Virus record (IMG/VR): IMGVR_UViG_3300021387_000164
Span: 1 to 64,000 of that record
Direction: 5' to 3' (one strand)
Length of the DNA stretch: 64,000 bases
From: a virus
Lineage: Duplodnaviria > Caudoviricetes
Shown here: positions 39,545 through 52,197 of the stretch, piece after piece
Layout: every line of letters begins with the position of its first letter
Numbering within the stretch: the stretch's first letter is position 1
Made by a program: the position numbers and the translations under genes
Notes under the pieces: model-generated
What the model was told of the DNA's origin: nothing
The model's database searches: none
Seen by the model: the letters and a program-made list of their open reading frames with translations, nothing else

Positions 39545-42500
39545 ATGATAAATACAATATTTTATTTTACTGATACTGAGCAGGAATATAAAGACAACCT
39601 GGTGAATGGTTCAGTAAAACCTCATACCATATGCTTTACTAAAGACACAAAAGCCCTGTGGAGAGACGGTGTTAGATATAGTGGACAAAATGCACAAGAA
39701 GTTTTGGAAGCTATAACTGACATAACCGGGCCATTACGTGAAACGCTTGAGGAGTCTATAAGATTGGCAGAGGAAACTGCAGAACATCGTTCACAAGAAC
39801 TGGAGGATTCTTTGCTTGAAACGCGTCAATACCTCAATACAACAAAACAGGAGCTTGTCGCTGAAGATGCAAGATTAAGTTCTGATTTAGAGAATACCAA
39901 GTCTACTGTTACTACTGTAAACAACAGAATAACATCGGAAGTGGCTAATCTTACTGCAGAGCTTCAGTCACTTGACACAGACATTCAAGGTGTTGCCAGC
40001 GACCTCGAAACTACTGCAAGCAATATTCAAGGTAGACTTGATCGCGGTGAGGTTACATACAACAATGGTTGGAATGAAAATGTAAAGGCGTATATGCAGA
40101 CTGTTGGTCTATGGGATTACGGAGAGGGTAGTTCGATAGACACAAAGTGGAGCCAATTGCGCCAATCTGTCAGTGGTGTATCTTCTGAAGTAAACAGAGT
40201 TGAAAATAAACTTGATGGTAATGTAACAACTCTTCAATCAGCAATTAACCAAGAGGTTACAGATAGAGGTACTGCAATAACCGAACTAAACAACACATAT
40301 GCACAAAAAGAAGCCGATTCGGAGAGTGTGTTAAGATGGTTATATTCAGGATTAAAAACTGGTACTAACCCAGAGCTCACATATGCACAACTTGTTGCTG
40401 CTTCAAAAACAGGAGATACGTCTGCTATTTCAAACATCGACGCTCTTGTAGAAGAGATTAAAGATGCGCAAGGACAACCTACTGGCAAGTATAGAGCTAC
40501 AAGCAATATGACATCTGCTGTTGATAATGCCATTAGTGGCATTTTAAATAGTACTACTGGTGATTATGCAAACAGCACTATGATATCTAGACTTGACGGT
40601 AACATTGGTGCATTGGATGTTCGCGTTGGTAAGACCGAATCTGATATTCAAGGTATTGCCTCTAACTCAAGCCTTACTGCTAAATTCTTAGCTAAGACCG
40701 ACTTTAATACAGCTAAAGCAACATTAGAGGCTGCGGACACAGCTAATAGTAATGCTATTGGTCAAGTGCAGACACAGGTAAATGTTCTCAATGGCGGTCC
40801 AGAGGTAACTAACTCGGTTGCAGCTAAGGTAAATAGTTCATTGGCTACGTTTGAGCAAAATGTAAACAACGGTACTGCTTGTACTACTCTTATAAACAGA
40901 GTAACTACTGCGGAAAACAGAGTAACTACTGCAGAAGGAAGCATCAATGATCTTGATGGTGATTTGAGTGATTTGCAAGGCGATGTTAACAACAACAGTA
41001 CTGCAATTGCTGGATTGGATGTTCGCGTTTCTGGTACAGAGCAGTCTATATTGAACATTGCGTCTAATGATAATCTTACAGCAAAGTTCTTAGCAAAAAC
41101 AGATTTCAATACAGCCAAAGCCGCACTTGAGGCAGCAGATACTGCCAATAGTAATGCAATCGGTCAAGTACAAACTGAAGTAGAGACGCTTAATGGTGGT
41201 CCCGAGGTTACAACGTCTATTGCGTCTAGAATAAATAGTGCAATATCTACATTTGAACAAAATGTAAATAATGGTACTGCTTGTACAACGCTTGTTAATA
41301 AAGTGGATACAGCTGCTAGCGATATTAACGATGTCAAAGGTGATCTTGCAGATACAAATACTTCATTAACAGCACTTGTTACATATGTAGACCAAGATCA
41401 AGCATATGGCACACTTACTGCAAAGTTAAACGATATGCAGGCCGGTGTTGTAACAGATGTTAAAGATGACCTTGCTACTGCAGGTATTCTTACTAAGAGC
41501 GGTTCTAGTTATCAAGCAAATGTGTTTACTAAGGTTGAAACAAACAGCACCATTGACACAAAGGTTAGTACTGCAACTTCTGGGTTGATGGCAGCTAGTG
41601 ATTTCAATTCTGCAAGCGTTGTTGCTAAGGTAAACGAGGCTGGTAGTTCTGTAAATATCAACGCAGATAAGATTAATCTTGTTGGTCAGACATCATTTAA
41701 CAACGCAATTGGTGAAATGATCAGTGCTAGGACACTTAAGCTTAGCGACGTAGATGGACAAGTTAAAGCTGTACTTAGTGGTGGTAATGCAAGTTTTGTT
41801 GGTAATGTTACCGCTAAACAATTTTTGGCAGGTGATCCAAATGCGCTCAATATTACAATGACAGATAAGGCAATATCGTTCAATTATGGAAACGATACCA
41901 GAGCGTGGTTTACTCCATTCGATGAAGATAATCAACTGAAAGATGGTATGTTCTTGTATATCAAGAATCCAGATTCTTCTGCTGCAAATAGCATAATCAC
42001 TATTGACTTTGCTAACTTGAAGTTTAAGAATACTAATCCGCCAGCACCAGTACATAGTGCAAATTTCACACACATAACTACTACATATGACGGACTTGCA
42101 ACGCTTGCTCCGGTAATAAAATATTATACTGTTGTAGATGGTGTTACTACATATTATAACGATTCTGAGTGTCAGTATCCTGCTACATGGTCTGTTGGAA
42201 ACTTGTATGAACATGATGAGTCATTTGACGTAGTATTGCACGATACAAGGAACGATAAATATAACTATATGACGTTAGCTAGATATCGTCAAGTAACGTT
42301 TAATAACGGCGAACTTGTTTATCAGAACAACTATACATCAATTTCATATGATCCGTTCTATGGACAATCACCAAACTATTATGTTACCACAGAAAGTCGT
42401 TCTACCACAATCCAGAATCCTAATACAACCATTTTGTATGGCATAAGTGAATATACACTTAGTGAAACTGGCGAAAATGCATATATGTTTAGATCAGATA

Positions 42501-42625
42501 GTGCTAAAACAATTAACTGTGTTGTTATTGCTCCAAATGTAAGTGATGTTACTGGAACAGTAAGTACATTTATACCAGAGGGTGACAACGACGAATACCT
42601 GTTACAGGATAATAGACAATTCTGA
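39545..42625 (+). CDS. long coiled-coil tail/fibre protein with internal duplication
   Basis: Repeat of about 100 aa at 402-nt offset; VNINADKINL motif. Confidence 0.85.
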   Translation: MINTIFYFTDTEQEYKDNLVNGSVKPHTICFTKDTKALWRDGVRYSGQNAQEVLEAITDITGPLRETLEESIRLAEETAEHRSQELEDSLLETRQYLNTTKQELVAEDARLSSDLENTKSTVTTVNNRITSEVANLTAELQSLDTDIQGVASDLETTASNIQGRLDRGEVTYNNGWNENVKAYMQTVGLWDYGEGSSIDTKWSQLRQSVSGVSSEVNRVENKLDGNVTTLQSAINQEVTDRGTAITELNNTYAQKEADSESVLRWLYSGLKTGTNPELTYAQLVAASKTGDTSAISNIDALVEEIKDAQGQPTGKYRATSNMTSAVDNAISGILNSTTGDYANSTMISRLDGNIGALDVRVGKTESDIQGIASNSSLTAKFLAKTDFNTAKATLEAADTANSNAIGQVQTQVNVLNGGPEVTNSVAAKVNSSLATFEQNVNNGTACTTLINRVTTAENRVTTAEGSINDLDGDLSDLQGDVNNNSTAIAGLDVRVSGTEQSILNIASNDNLTAKFLAKTDFNTAKAALEAADTANSNAIGQVQTEVETLNGGPEVTTSIASRINSAISTFEQNVNNGTACTTLVNKVDTAASDINDVKGDLADTNTSLTALVTYVDQDQAYGTLTAKLNDMQAGVVTDVKDDLATAGILTKSGSSYQANVFTKVETNSTIDTKVSTATSGLMAASDFNSASVVAKVNEAGSSVNINADKINLVGQTSFNNAIGEMISARTLKLSDVDGQVKAVLSGGNASFVGNVTAKQFLAGDPNALNITMTDKAISFNYGNDTRAWFTPFDEDNQLKDGMFLYIKNPDSSAANSIITIDFANLKFKNTNPPAPVHSANFTHITTTYDGLATLAPVIKYYTVVDGVTTYYNDSECQYPATWSVGNLYEHDESFDVVLHDTRNDKYNYMTLARYRQVTFNNGELVYQNNYTSISYDPFYGQSPNYYVTTESRSTTIQNPNTTILYGISEYTLSETGENAYMFRSDSAKTINCVVIAPNVSDVTGTVSTFIPEGDNDEYLLQDNRQF

Positions 42626-42653
42626 ACTACTACTAATTGATACTATATAGAAT

Positions 42654-44717
42654 ATGGTAGACTTTAATAAGAAACTAAAAAATACAGATAAATTCCGCTA
42701 GGCGGCGCTATTTTTTAAAGAACATAATTGTTACACGCTGGCCCCGCGAGGTACTACAGATTACATAAAATATTGGGAGCAGGAAGCTGAGCGTTGTATA
42801 AACGGATACGTCGCTGATGATGGAGATTCTATTACTGGTTACCATTATTTCTACTTAAATTACAGCCCAATTATTAAACGTGTCGATGTTCAATATACAG
42901 ATAGATTCGGCAACGTTAGAATTAGAAGAGATCGTGTATTAGATTTCCCAGACTTCTGGGATGGTGATTACTATTTCTTTCAAGCTGTAGAAGAGGCCGA
43001 GCAGCAAGGTAAACACCTTGCTGTTCTTAAGGCCCGTAAAAAGGGATTTAGTTTTAAAGGCTCATCAATGCTTGTTAGAAACTATGCCCTTGTAAAAGAA
43101 TCAAAAAACTTCGCTATTGCATCAGAGTAGAAATTCCTAATTGGTGATGGTTTGTTGACTAAAGCATGGGAAATCATGGACTTTATTGACAAACACACAG
43201 AATGGGCTAAGCGAAGATTAACAGCTACTCGTATGGAGCGTGTGTCCGGATTTAAAGTTAAAGATGACCTTGGTAGGGAAACTGAACAAGGATATAAATC
43301 TGCAATTACTGGCATGACGCTTAAGAACGATCCGGAACGTGTCCGCGGTATTCGTGGAAAGCTAGTATTATTTGAGGAGAGTGGTAAATTCCCAAACCTC
43401 GAAACGGCTTGGCGTGTAAGTCAGCCTTCTATGGAGGATGATAGCGGTACAGCATTCGGATTGATGATCGCTTTCGGTACTGGTGGTACGGAAGGCGGAC
43501 AATTTGACGGACTAAAGACATTGTTTTATAGTCCAGAGGCATATAATGTATTGAGCTTTCCTAATATATGGGACGACAACGCTGAGGAAACAAGATGTGG
43601 TTACTTCTCTCCGTTCTACTTGAATATGGAGGGTTTTGATGATGATGGTAACAGAATCTTCATGGACAGTGATGGAAATAGTATGGTCGAGAAAGCCATG
43701 AATGATATCATTGCCAAACGTAATGAAGTTAAGGATGGCGGTGCATCACAAACGTCTATCGATAGATTCATTTCAGAAAGACCAATAAAACCTCAAGAGG
43801 CCGTCTTAGAGCTCGGTAAAAATATATTTCCTAGAAAGCTTCTAATGGATCAATTGACTCGTATTAGAACGAATAAAAAACTATAGCACATGAAACATAT
43901 AGTAGACTTAAAATGGGGTGCTAATGGTACAGTAGAAGCTGTGGAAAAAAAGGTAGGAGATATAACTACTTATCATTTAAAGAAAGATGACAAACCAGAA
44001 GGATCTGTAGTTATCTGGGAATACCCGGTCCCGGACCCGCCATTGGGATTATACATTGGCGGTTGCGACCCGTATGATCATGATGAGTCATTCACTAACT
44101 CCTTAGGATCGACGTTCATATTTAAACGCGTTAGAGCTGGAGAAGCGTGGAATGATGTAATTGTAGCTGAATATTCAGGTAGACCAGATACAGCAGAAGA
44201 ATACTACGAAAACGTGCGCAAACTTCTTATGTTTTATAATGCACGTTTGTTGTTTGAGAATGAACGTAAGGGTATATATCCATACTTCACTAACAAACAC
44301 TGCGATTACCTTCTAGCAGATCAACCTGATAAAGTTATATCAGAAATATTTAAGGACAGCAAAGTATCAAGAAGAAAAGGCTGTCACATGACGAAACAGA
44401 TTAGGGCGTACGGAGAAGGTTTAATACTCGAATGGTTAATGGAAGAGTATGAAGAAGGACACCTTAATCTAGAAAGAATATACAGCGAACCTCTAATAGA
44501 AGAGCTTATAGAGAACGATGGCGTAAAGAACGTTGACCGACTAATTGCTCTATGTATGGTTATGCTATACAGGGAAGAACTATATTAGGTAAAGGTTTCT
44601 GCTGCAAAAGAACAAAATAAACAGGTTGAACTCTTCGAACTACCGTTATTTAGTCAACGATACTGGGATGCTGATAATGACGGCGAGAAAGATAATATAC
44701 CTTTATTTAGCTTTTAA
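42654..44717 (+). CDS. terL: terminase large subunit (687 aa; four TAG)
   Basis: Walker A LKARKKGFS, Walker B LVLFEESG, FGTGG, nuclease GCDPY; TAG at 42699, 43128, 43884 and 44586 all in frame. Confidence 0.93.
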
Positions 44718-44720
44718 CAT

Positions 44721-47204
44721 ATGGTTAGAGTAGAAGATAATTTATATAACTTAACGTTTCCACAACAGAAACTGCCACTTAAAAAGAAAGATGAGCAGTG
44801 GCAACACGATTGTGTGAACTTTATTATAGGCGAGGGAAACGTGGTGTCTGGTGGTGTGACCAAGGCACGTTTCGGAGAGATATAGACCTACTACAACCTT
44901 TATAATTCTATATTTGATGAGAAAGATTTTAAGCGCATTACAAATCCGTTTAAAGTTGAAGATGGATTTCCCGCTACTCCTCAAGATTTCAATATAATAA
45001 GGCCTAAGGTAGACCTCCTTATAGGTGAAGAGACAAAGAGGCCTATGAACTTCAGGGTGGTGAGAACGTCACAAGAAGCCGCATCAGAGTTAATGGATAA
45101 AGAGAAGGATCTGTTAATACAATATGTAATGGCGTCCATCACAGCTAGAATGGGAGAAGAGGAAGCTGCTCAATTTCAACAGCAATTGGAGAATGGCGAA
45201 ATAATGCCGCCTGAAGCAATTGCTAAATACATGAATAAGGATTATAAAGACCCTGTAGAAAATACAGCATATCACACTCTCGTACATTTAAGAGAAAGAC
45301 TCATACTGGATAATGAGTTTATTAAAGGTTGGAAAGACGCACTTATTTCTGGTATTGAAGTATACTATGTTGGTGTACTAAACGACGAACCATATCTAGA
45401 AAGAGTAAATCCAATGATGTTCTCTTATGATAATTCACCGGACCTTGAGTTTATTGAAGATGGTTCTTGGTGTTGTCGTAGAATGAGAATGTCCGTAAGT
45501 GAGATTTACGATAGATATTATAAAAAGCTGTCAGAGAAAGATTTGAATAAACTGACAGAAATGCTTACAGGAAAGTCGGCCAACGATTTGGGCGAGAAAG
45601 ACCCGGTTGACAATTTTGGCGGCGGCATACAGATGCATATATACGACAATCCATATATGGATCAAAAATCAAGGTATGCAATTAATGTATGGCATTGTTG
45701 CTGGAAGTCGTTTAAAAAGATATACTATGTAACATACTTCGACGAAGCAGGACAAGCACAGGTGGAAATAGAAGACGAGTCATATAAAAAGACTGGAATG
45801 GAAATTTCCGTTGAACCAGATTGGATTATAGAAGTTTGGGAAGGATATCGTGCCGGAACCGATCTTTATTTTGGTATTCAACCTATCGAATATCAACACG
45901 TATCTATTGATAATCCAAATTCTCAAAAGCTTCCATATTGTGGATGCGTTTATTCTAATACCAATAGTCGTCCTAGGTCCCTTGTTAGTATCCTTAAACC
46001 TTTACAGTATATGTACATTGTACTTTGGTACAGACTGGAGTTAGCAATCGCAAGAGACAAAGGTAAGGTAATTAATATGGATATTACTCAGATACCTAAA
46101 TCAATGGGTATCACTCCAGAGAGATGGATGCACTATTTGTCTTCTGTAGGTGTTAACTTTGTTAACCCATACGAGGAAGGTGTTCAAGGTCGAGAAGGAG
46201 GTCGTTCTGCAACATTCAATCAATTCTCGTCAGTAGATTTGACAATGTCAAATGTTATTGCTGAGTATATTCAGCTTATGGATAAGATTGAACAGCTTGC
46301 GGGCACTATATCTGGTATCACAGAACAGCGTCAAGGAGCTATCAGTTCTTCTGAACTTGTGGGCAATGTAGAGCGTTCTGTTGTGCAGTCTTCGCATATC
46401 ACTGAGCCTTTATTCTGGGTACACAATCAATGTAAACGCCACGCACTAAATATGTTGCTCAATACAGCTAAAGGTGCTTGGGAGCAATCTGGTAAGAAGA
46501 AGCTTAGTTATATATTTGATAACGGCGAGCGTGCTTACATCGACATTCAGGAAGACTTCTATTATGAAGATATGGATGTATTTGTAAGTGATACTTCTAA
46601 AGACCTAGAAAATATACAAAAGCTTCAACAGCTCATTCAACCAGCTATGCAAAACGGTGCTAGCCTATTAGAAGCTGCAGAGGTACTTACAAACGACAAC
46701 TTCAACATCATTAAGCAGAAACTTAAGGAGATGCAGGAGCGTCAAGAGCAAATGCAGCAGCAAGCTCAACAAGCAGAACAGCAACAGGCTATTCAGCTGC
46801 AGCAGATGCAGAACGAACAGCGTGAACAAGAGCTTATGCTTGAAGAGGCTAAGATGGAGCTTGAGCGTTACAAGATTGATGCTGATAACCAGACTAAGAT
46901 TGCAGTTGCTGAGATTAGTGCATACCGTGGTACAGAAGAGAAGGACGCTAACCAAAATAACGTACCTGATCCAATCGAGATTGCTAAGGATGCTACACAG
47001 CAACGTAAGATTGCATCTGATGAGTATACTAAGCGTTATGAATCTCGTCAGAAGAAAGAGATAGAAGACAAGAAGATTGATCTTGAGCGTGACCGTATGA
47101 AGCACGAGATGGAGCTGTAGAAGGCTAAAGACGATGCGGCTTTAGAGCGTGAGAAGATTAAAGCAGCCACGGCAAGGGTAAATAAGGTCTCAGGCGAGAA
47201 GTAA
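44721..47204 (+). CDS. portal protein (827 aa; two TAG)
   Basis: Follows terL; NIIRPKVDLLIGEE, Gln-rich barrel; TAG at 44883 and 47118. Confidence 0.9.
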
Positions 47205-47206
47205 TT

Positions 47207-47410
47207 ATGGAACGAATAAAATATTATTTCAACGTTGCATTTATATCTGCTGTACGCTGGCTGTATAATCATTATATATTGTTTAATAAATTTCTTAGAG
47301 GCAGAGCCAGAAAACAATCACCTATACAAGAAATATTATTAGACATACTTCTTACAGACAAGCCGATTGATGTGTACAAAGTATGTAATGATATACGTAA
47401 TTCGAAATGA
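47207..47410 (+). CDS. small hypothetical protein
   Basis: 67-aa ORF tightly packed after the portal. Confidence 0.6.
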   Translation: MERIKYYFNVAFISAVRWLYNHYILFNKFLRGRARKQSPIQEILLDILLTDKPIDVYKVCNDIRNSK

Positions 47411-47577
47411 CACGCGCCGAAGAACAAGAGCTTCTATAGCTTACTAGAGAGAACAATCAATTATTAAAACTTATACTAAGATTAGTTTAGCACGACGAAG
47501 GGAATGACTTCATGACCAACGTCGTTGCTAATCTACTTAGCAATAGAATAGATGGTTATGCGCAAAGATCCTACTGA
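47407..47577 (+). CDS. small protein (56 aa; two TAG)
   Basis: ATGA overlap; MTRAEEQELL*LTRENNQLLKLILRLV*HDEG... Confidence 0.6.
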
Positions 47578-49351
47578 ATTTAGAGAACGCTTTAAAGCTT
47601 ATAAGAACGGCAAAATGCCTTATAAAAATGGTAAGATTATAAAGAGCGACTACTAGGATTATAATCATACTATAGATTTTCTAGATAAACACGAAGGTTT
47701 TGAAGATCATGTTTATCCTGACGGAAAAGGAATTCCTACTATTGGTTACGGATTCACTGATCCTGCTTATATAAAGATGAATACAATGTCTAAAGATGTA
47801 GCTAGGCAAATACTTCATAAAGAGCTTGTAAACAGAGATCGCTTTCTGAGTAGATTAAAGAACTGGGATAAACTTGGAGAAGGAGGTAAAACAGCGTTGC
47901 GCGCTTACTATTATAATTATCCCGCAGGTTTTAAAAAAGCTACAAAGTTTATGTAGGCTTGGAATTCCGGTAATTATGAAGAAGCTATAAGACAAGTGAA
48001 TGCTGGTTGGAACGATGAAGCTAATCGAGGTTTAAGAAATAGAAGAATAGAGGAGCAAGAATTGCTTAGAAATGATCCTTTTATAATGTCTGTTCTTAAC
48101 GACAATTGGAAATTACCAGTCCCAAAATTAACTAAATAGAACGAAGAACTGTAGTTTAAACCTTGGTCTAATTATCATGGTACAGATTATCCTATAAATA
48201 ATCCTGCACCATCTAGTATATCTTCTTGGAATAGTCTGCAGAGTCCTGCATATACTCCAGTAGAATATAATGCTAGTCAGTCTTACTTAAGACTACCTAA
48301 CATAAAGAATGTAACGGAATAGTCTATTATGACTCCTAAGTTTAAGAACGGTAAGCTTCCAGAATATGAAGATGGAAACACGCCTGTTACAACAGGAGGA
48401 GCCGGATATATTCCCCCAGTTCCAACGTGGAATTTTCCTACATCTAAAGAAGAGGCTAGATTGAGATTATATAATCAAGTAAATCCAAGTTGGGGTTTTA
48501 CAGATGATACTATTGATGCGACAATAAACACTCTACTGTACAATAAAAATAATTGGTCTCACGATAAAAGATTTGTTACAGTAAAAGATCCATATGTAGA
48601 CGGTGTTTGGGCTGAATATTTACAGATTCCGCAGGATAAACGCAGAAGTAAATATAAACTAGAACCATCTGCATATAGACCTAAGATTGGGGACGAAAAA
48701 TCTATATAGTATTATAGAGTTCCTATAGATACCCTTACAAAAGCTAAATTAATACGAGAAGGTAGTACTCTTCCAATAGGAAAAAATAAATTATCTATTG
48801 CTTTAGGAGGTTACAATCACGGGGAGCATACTATAGGAAAAGGAATAGATCCGCATAAAGGAGAATATATTTCATACTATGATAGATGGGATTTAAATCC
48901 TCTCAGTAGTAGATATTCTTCCGAAACCAAATTAAAAAACAATCGCATAATTAAAAAGTTAGGATTACTTGATAACAGAAAGCATGGGGATTTGTCTTTT
49001 GGTATTGGTAAACCAATAGACTTTTACGATAGAATTTATTTGGATAATTACTACGGAGTAGATTCTTCTGCTAGCCCTGGTACTTATTACGGCGGATGGC
49101 TACCAGAAATATTTGTTGACAGTTTTGGAACAGGACGTACTACAAATACAATGGGAGACCACACGGAGTTCGGAGTTCCTCAGTATGCTAACGGTAAATC
49201 TCCCATATATATTAAACCTGCTAATCGTGGTAAATTCACTGCACTAAAGAAACGCACAGGACATTCAGCATCTTGGTTTAAGAAGAATGGAACTCCTGCA
49301 CAGAAGAAGATGGCTACTTTTGCTTTAAATGCACGAAAGTGGTCGCACTAA
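47558..49351 (+). CDS. multidomain protein with GH24 (T4-type) lysozyme domain (597 aa; six TAG), probable virion cargo
   Basis: HEGFEDHVYPDGKGIPTIGYG (E-x8-D-x5-T) and GLRNRRIEE; TAG at 47654, 47954, 48137, 48152, 48320, 48707. Confidence 0.88.
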
Positions 49352-49393
49352 TATAACAGAATAAACTGTACAAATTAACTTACATATTATAAT

Positions 49394-50569
49394 ATGGCAA
49401 AGAAAAAGAATACAATTCCGAGCGGATTTGAAGATATTCTCGGTAACGTCTATTCTAATGCTGAGCAAGGCGAAGGTATTACGAATATTGATGACATCAA
49501 TGAATTCGATGATCCAATCGTTGAAAACGATAATAATAAGAACGTGCCGCCAGTGAATAATCCTGAGGACGGCGATAAACAAGGTCTAACTGACATAGAC
49601 CCAAACGCACATGAGGACGATTCTCCGGAACCTCCTGTAAACAATCCAGAACCACCAACAACCGAACAACCTGTAGATGATCCCAATAATACTGAAGACG
49701 ATAATCAAAACCCTTCAGAAGAGGATATAATAGAGGGTCAGCAGGTAAGCCTTTTGTTTGAGGCTATCGGTAATTCGCTTGGGTGGAATATGGATGAGAT
49801 TGATGACAAGGATAAGCCTGTCACTGTGGATGAACTTACTAAATATTTTAGTGACGTAGTAGAACAGAACTCCAAGCCTGAGTACGCGGACGATCGTATA
49901 CAGGCGCTCGACGAGTATGTAAGAAATGGAGGCAAGTTCGAAGATTTCTACCACAGACAGCAAGAGGCGCTTTCTCTTGATAACATCGATCTCGAAGACG
50001 AGAATAATCAAAAAGCAGTAGTTCGTGAGCTTATGCAGCGTAGTGGTTACTCAGATGAGCTTATTAATAAGAAAATTGCTCGATATGAAGAGAGTGACAT
50101 GCTGTATGAGGAATCAGAGGATGCTTTGGATAGATTAAAGCAGCTTCGTCAACAAGAAGTAGAAGAGACTCAGAGACAACAGGAAGAGTACGCTAGACAG
50201 CAAGAAGAGGAGTCTAGAGCATTCTTTAATACGGTTACTAAGGATATTAACGAGCTTACTAATATCAGAGGTATCGCAATTCCAAAGGAAGACCGTAAAG
50301 CATTGTTTGATTATATTTTCAAAGTAGATCAAAACGGAATGTCTCAATATCAAAAAGATTTTGCTAAGAATCAATCTAAGAACTTAATTGAGTCTGCATA
50401 CTTCACAATGAAAGCCGATGCTTTAATTGCCAATGCTAAAAACACCGGAGAAACATCCGCTACTGAAAAACTTAGGAAAATGTTAAGGCATAGTGCAAAG
50501 AATCATAGCACTTACAATGCCGATGATAAACAAAAGTCAGTAACAGACATGGTAAGTGGTATGTTCTGA
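49394..50569 (+). CDS. acidic scaffold-like protein
   Basis: Very acidic with coiled coil; directly upstream of MCP. Confidence 0.75.
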   Translation: MAKKKNTIPSGFEDILGNVYSNAEQGEGITNIDDINEFDDPIVENDNNKNVPPVNNPEDGDKQGLTDIDPNAHEDDSPEPPVNNPEPPTTEQPVDDPNNTEDDNQNPSEEDIIEGQQVSLLFEAIGNSLGWNMDEIDDKDKPVTVDELTKYFSDVVEQNSKPEYADDRIQALDEYVRNGGKFEDFYHRQQEALSLDNIDLEDENNQKAVVRELMQRSGYSDELINKKIARYEESDMLYEESEDALDRLKQLRQQEVEETQRQQEEYARQQEEESRAFFNTVTKDINELTNIRGIAIPKEDRKALFDYIFKVDQNGMSQYQKDFAKNQSKNLIESAYFTMKADALIANAKNTGETSATEKLRKMLRHSAKNHSTYNADDKQKSVTDMVSGMF

Positions 50570-50590
50570 CGCACACAATTATAAATATAT

Positions 50591-52114
50591 ATGAATAATA
50601 GTTTGCTTAATAATCTCCAGCTGTATCGCGGACGTCGTTTCAGCGACCTGGTAGATGAGAATATGATTTCTAATGCGCTGCTGACCAAGCCTCATGAGGT
50701 ATCTGGTCTGCTTTCACTGGTATTTGGTACAAAAGACGATGGTGTATCAACCGCTATCGATTTGATTACTGGTGGTCTTGGCAAGACAATGATTATCGAT
50801 AACCGTGAGTTTGAGTGGAGCGTTATGATCGACTCTGACCACGCTATCAACATTCGCTGGGCTAAGTGGAATGGCCAGGAGGTTTCTACTTCTAACTACT
50901 CTACAATTACTCCAGGTTTGAATGGTACTCCTATTTATCTTGCTCTTGAAGAGCGTTGGTTTGGCCCAGGTGCAATTCTCGCATTTGATGATTACAAGTT
51001 CCAGGTTCGTGTAACAGGTCTTCCTTATCAAGATGGTAGCTCTTGGGTATATGAGTGCTATGTAATCGATGGCGCACAGGCTTCTTATATTCCTGGTGAG
51101 TTCCTGCTCGCTGGTCGTCAGGTTAACCGTATTGGTTCAGCTTACGAGGAGTACAGCGATGAGGCTGATATCATCAACTATCAGACTCCATTCAAGATGC
51201 GTAGCCACCTGCAGACTCTCCGTCTGACATATGATATCACTGGTGATGCATATAGCACAGTTTTGGCTATTGCTCTGACAGATCCTGAGACAGGTAAGAA
51301 GTCTTATTTGTGGGCTGATTATCAGTATTGGAAGGCTCTGCGTGAGTGGAAGAAGAGAGAGGAGTATGCTCTCCTGTTCTCTAAGAGCAACCGTCTGAGC
51401 GATGGTACATATCTGAATAAGGGTACAAACGGTCGTCCAGCTCCTACAATGAGCGGTCTGTTTGAGCAGGTTAGTCCAGCTAACGTTCGTTATTACACAA
51501 CTCTTACAGCTGAATTGCTCGAGGATTATCTGTTCGATCTGTGTTACAACATTCTTGGTACAAATGAGCGTAAGTTCATTGCCCTGACTGGTGAGATGGG
51601 TATCCGTGAGTTCGACCGTATCCTGAAGGAGAAGGTTGCTACATTCAATATGATTGATACACACTTCGTAACTGGTTCTGGTCAGGATCTGGCTCTTGGT
51701 GGTCAGTTCACAACCTATAAGATGACTAACGGCATTGAGTTGACATTGAAGCGTTGTCCTTTGTTTGATAACATGGAGATGTTCCGTCAGTTGCACCCAC
51801 TGACAGGTAAACCACTGATGTCTTACACATTCCTGTTTGTTGACCTTGGTTCACGCGATGGTCAGGCTAACGTAGTAAAGGTTTGTCGTAAGGGTCGTGA
51901 GTTTGTACAGTGGTGTACTGCTGGTTCTGTAGCTCCTAATGGTTATAGCAACAACATTAACAATGTTCGTTCTAACAGCCGTGATGGTTATCAGGTACAC
52001 TTCCTCGGTGAGGAGGGTATTATGTTGCGTAACCCATTGTCTTGCGGTATTCTGTACTGCGACGCAGAAGACACAGAGATTGCTAACGACGGTAATGTTG
52101 CCGTAGGCGCGTAA
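50591..52114 (+). CDS. major capsid protein (crAss-like)
   Basis: 507 aa, strongest codon bias, no TAG; position in the terL-portal-scaffold-MCP order. Confidence 0.88.
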   Translation: MNNSLLNNLQLYRGRRFSDLVDENMISNALLTKPHEVSGLLSLVFGTKDDGVSTAIDLITGGLGKTMIIDNREFEWSVMIDSDHAINIRWAKWNGQEVSTSNYSTITPGLNGTPIYLALEERWFGPGAILAFDDYKFQVRVTGLPYQDGSSWVYECYVIDGAQASYIPGEFLLAGRQVNRIGSAYEEYSDEADIINYQTPFKMRSHLQTLRLTYDITGDAYSTVLAIALTDPETGKKSYLWADYQYWKALREWKKREEYALLFSKSNRLSDGTYLNKGTNGRPAPTMSGLFEQVSPANVRYYTTLTAELLEDYLFDLCYNILGTNERKFIALTGEMGIREFDRILKEKVATFNMIDTHFVTGSGQDLALGGQFTTYKMTNGIELTLKRCPLFDNMEMFRQLHPLTGKPLMSYTFLFVDLGSRDGQANVVKVCRKGREFVQWCTAGSVAPNGYSNNINNVRSNSRDGYQVHFLGEEGIMLRNPLSCGILYCDAEDTEIANDGNVAVGA

Positions 52115-52140
52115 TCTTATTAATAAAACATTGATGTCTG

Positions 52141-52165
52141 AGCCCCAGTTATAATGGCTGGGGCG
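52141..52165 (+). terminator. hairpin after MCP
   Basis: GCCCCAGTT-ATAAT-GGCTGGGGC. Confidence 0.5.
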
Positions 52166-52197
52166 TTCAGCATCACAACATACTAATTATACTAATT

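Noticed and set aside
42654-47204. terL and portal as pseudogenes or intron-split genes
   Set aside because: Every break is a single in-frame TAG with no frameshift or inserted sequence, which recoding explains
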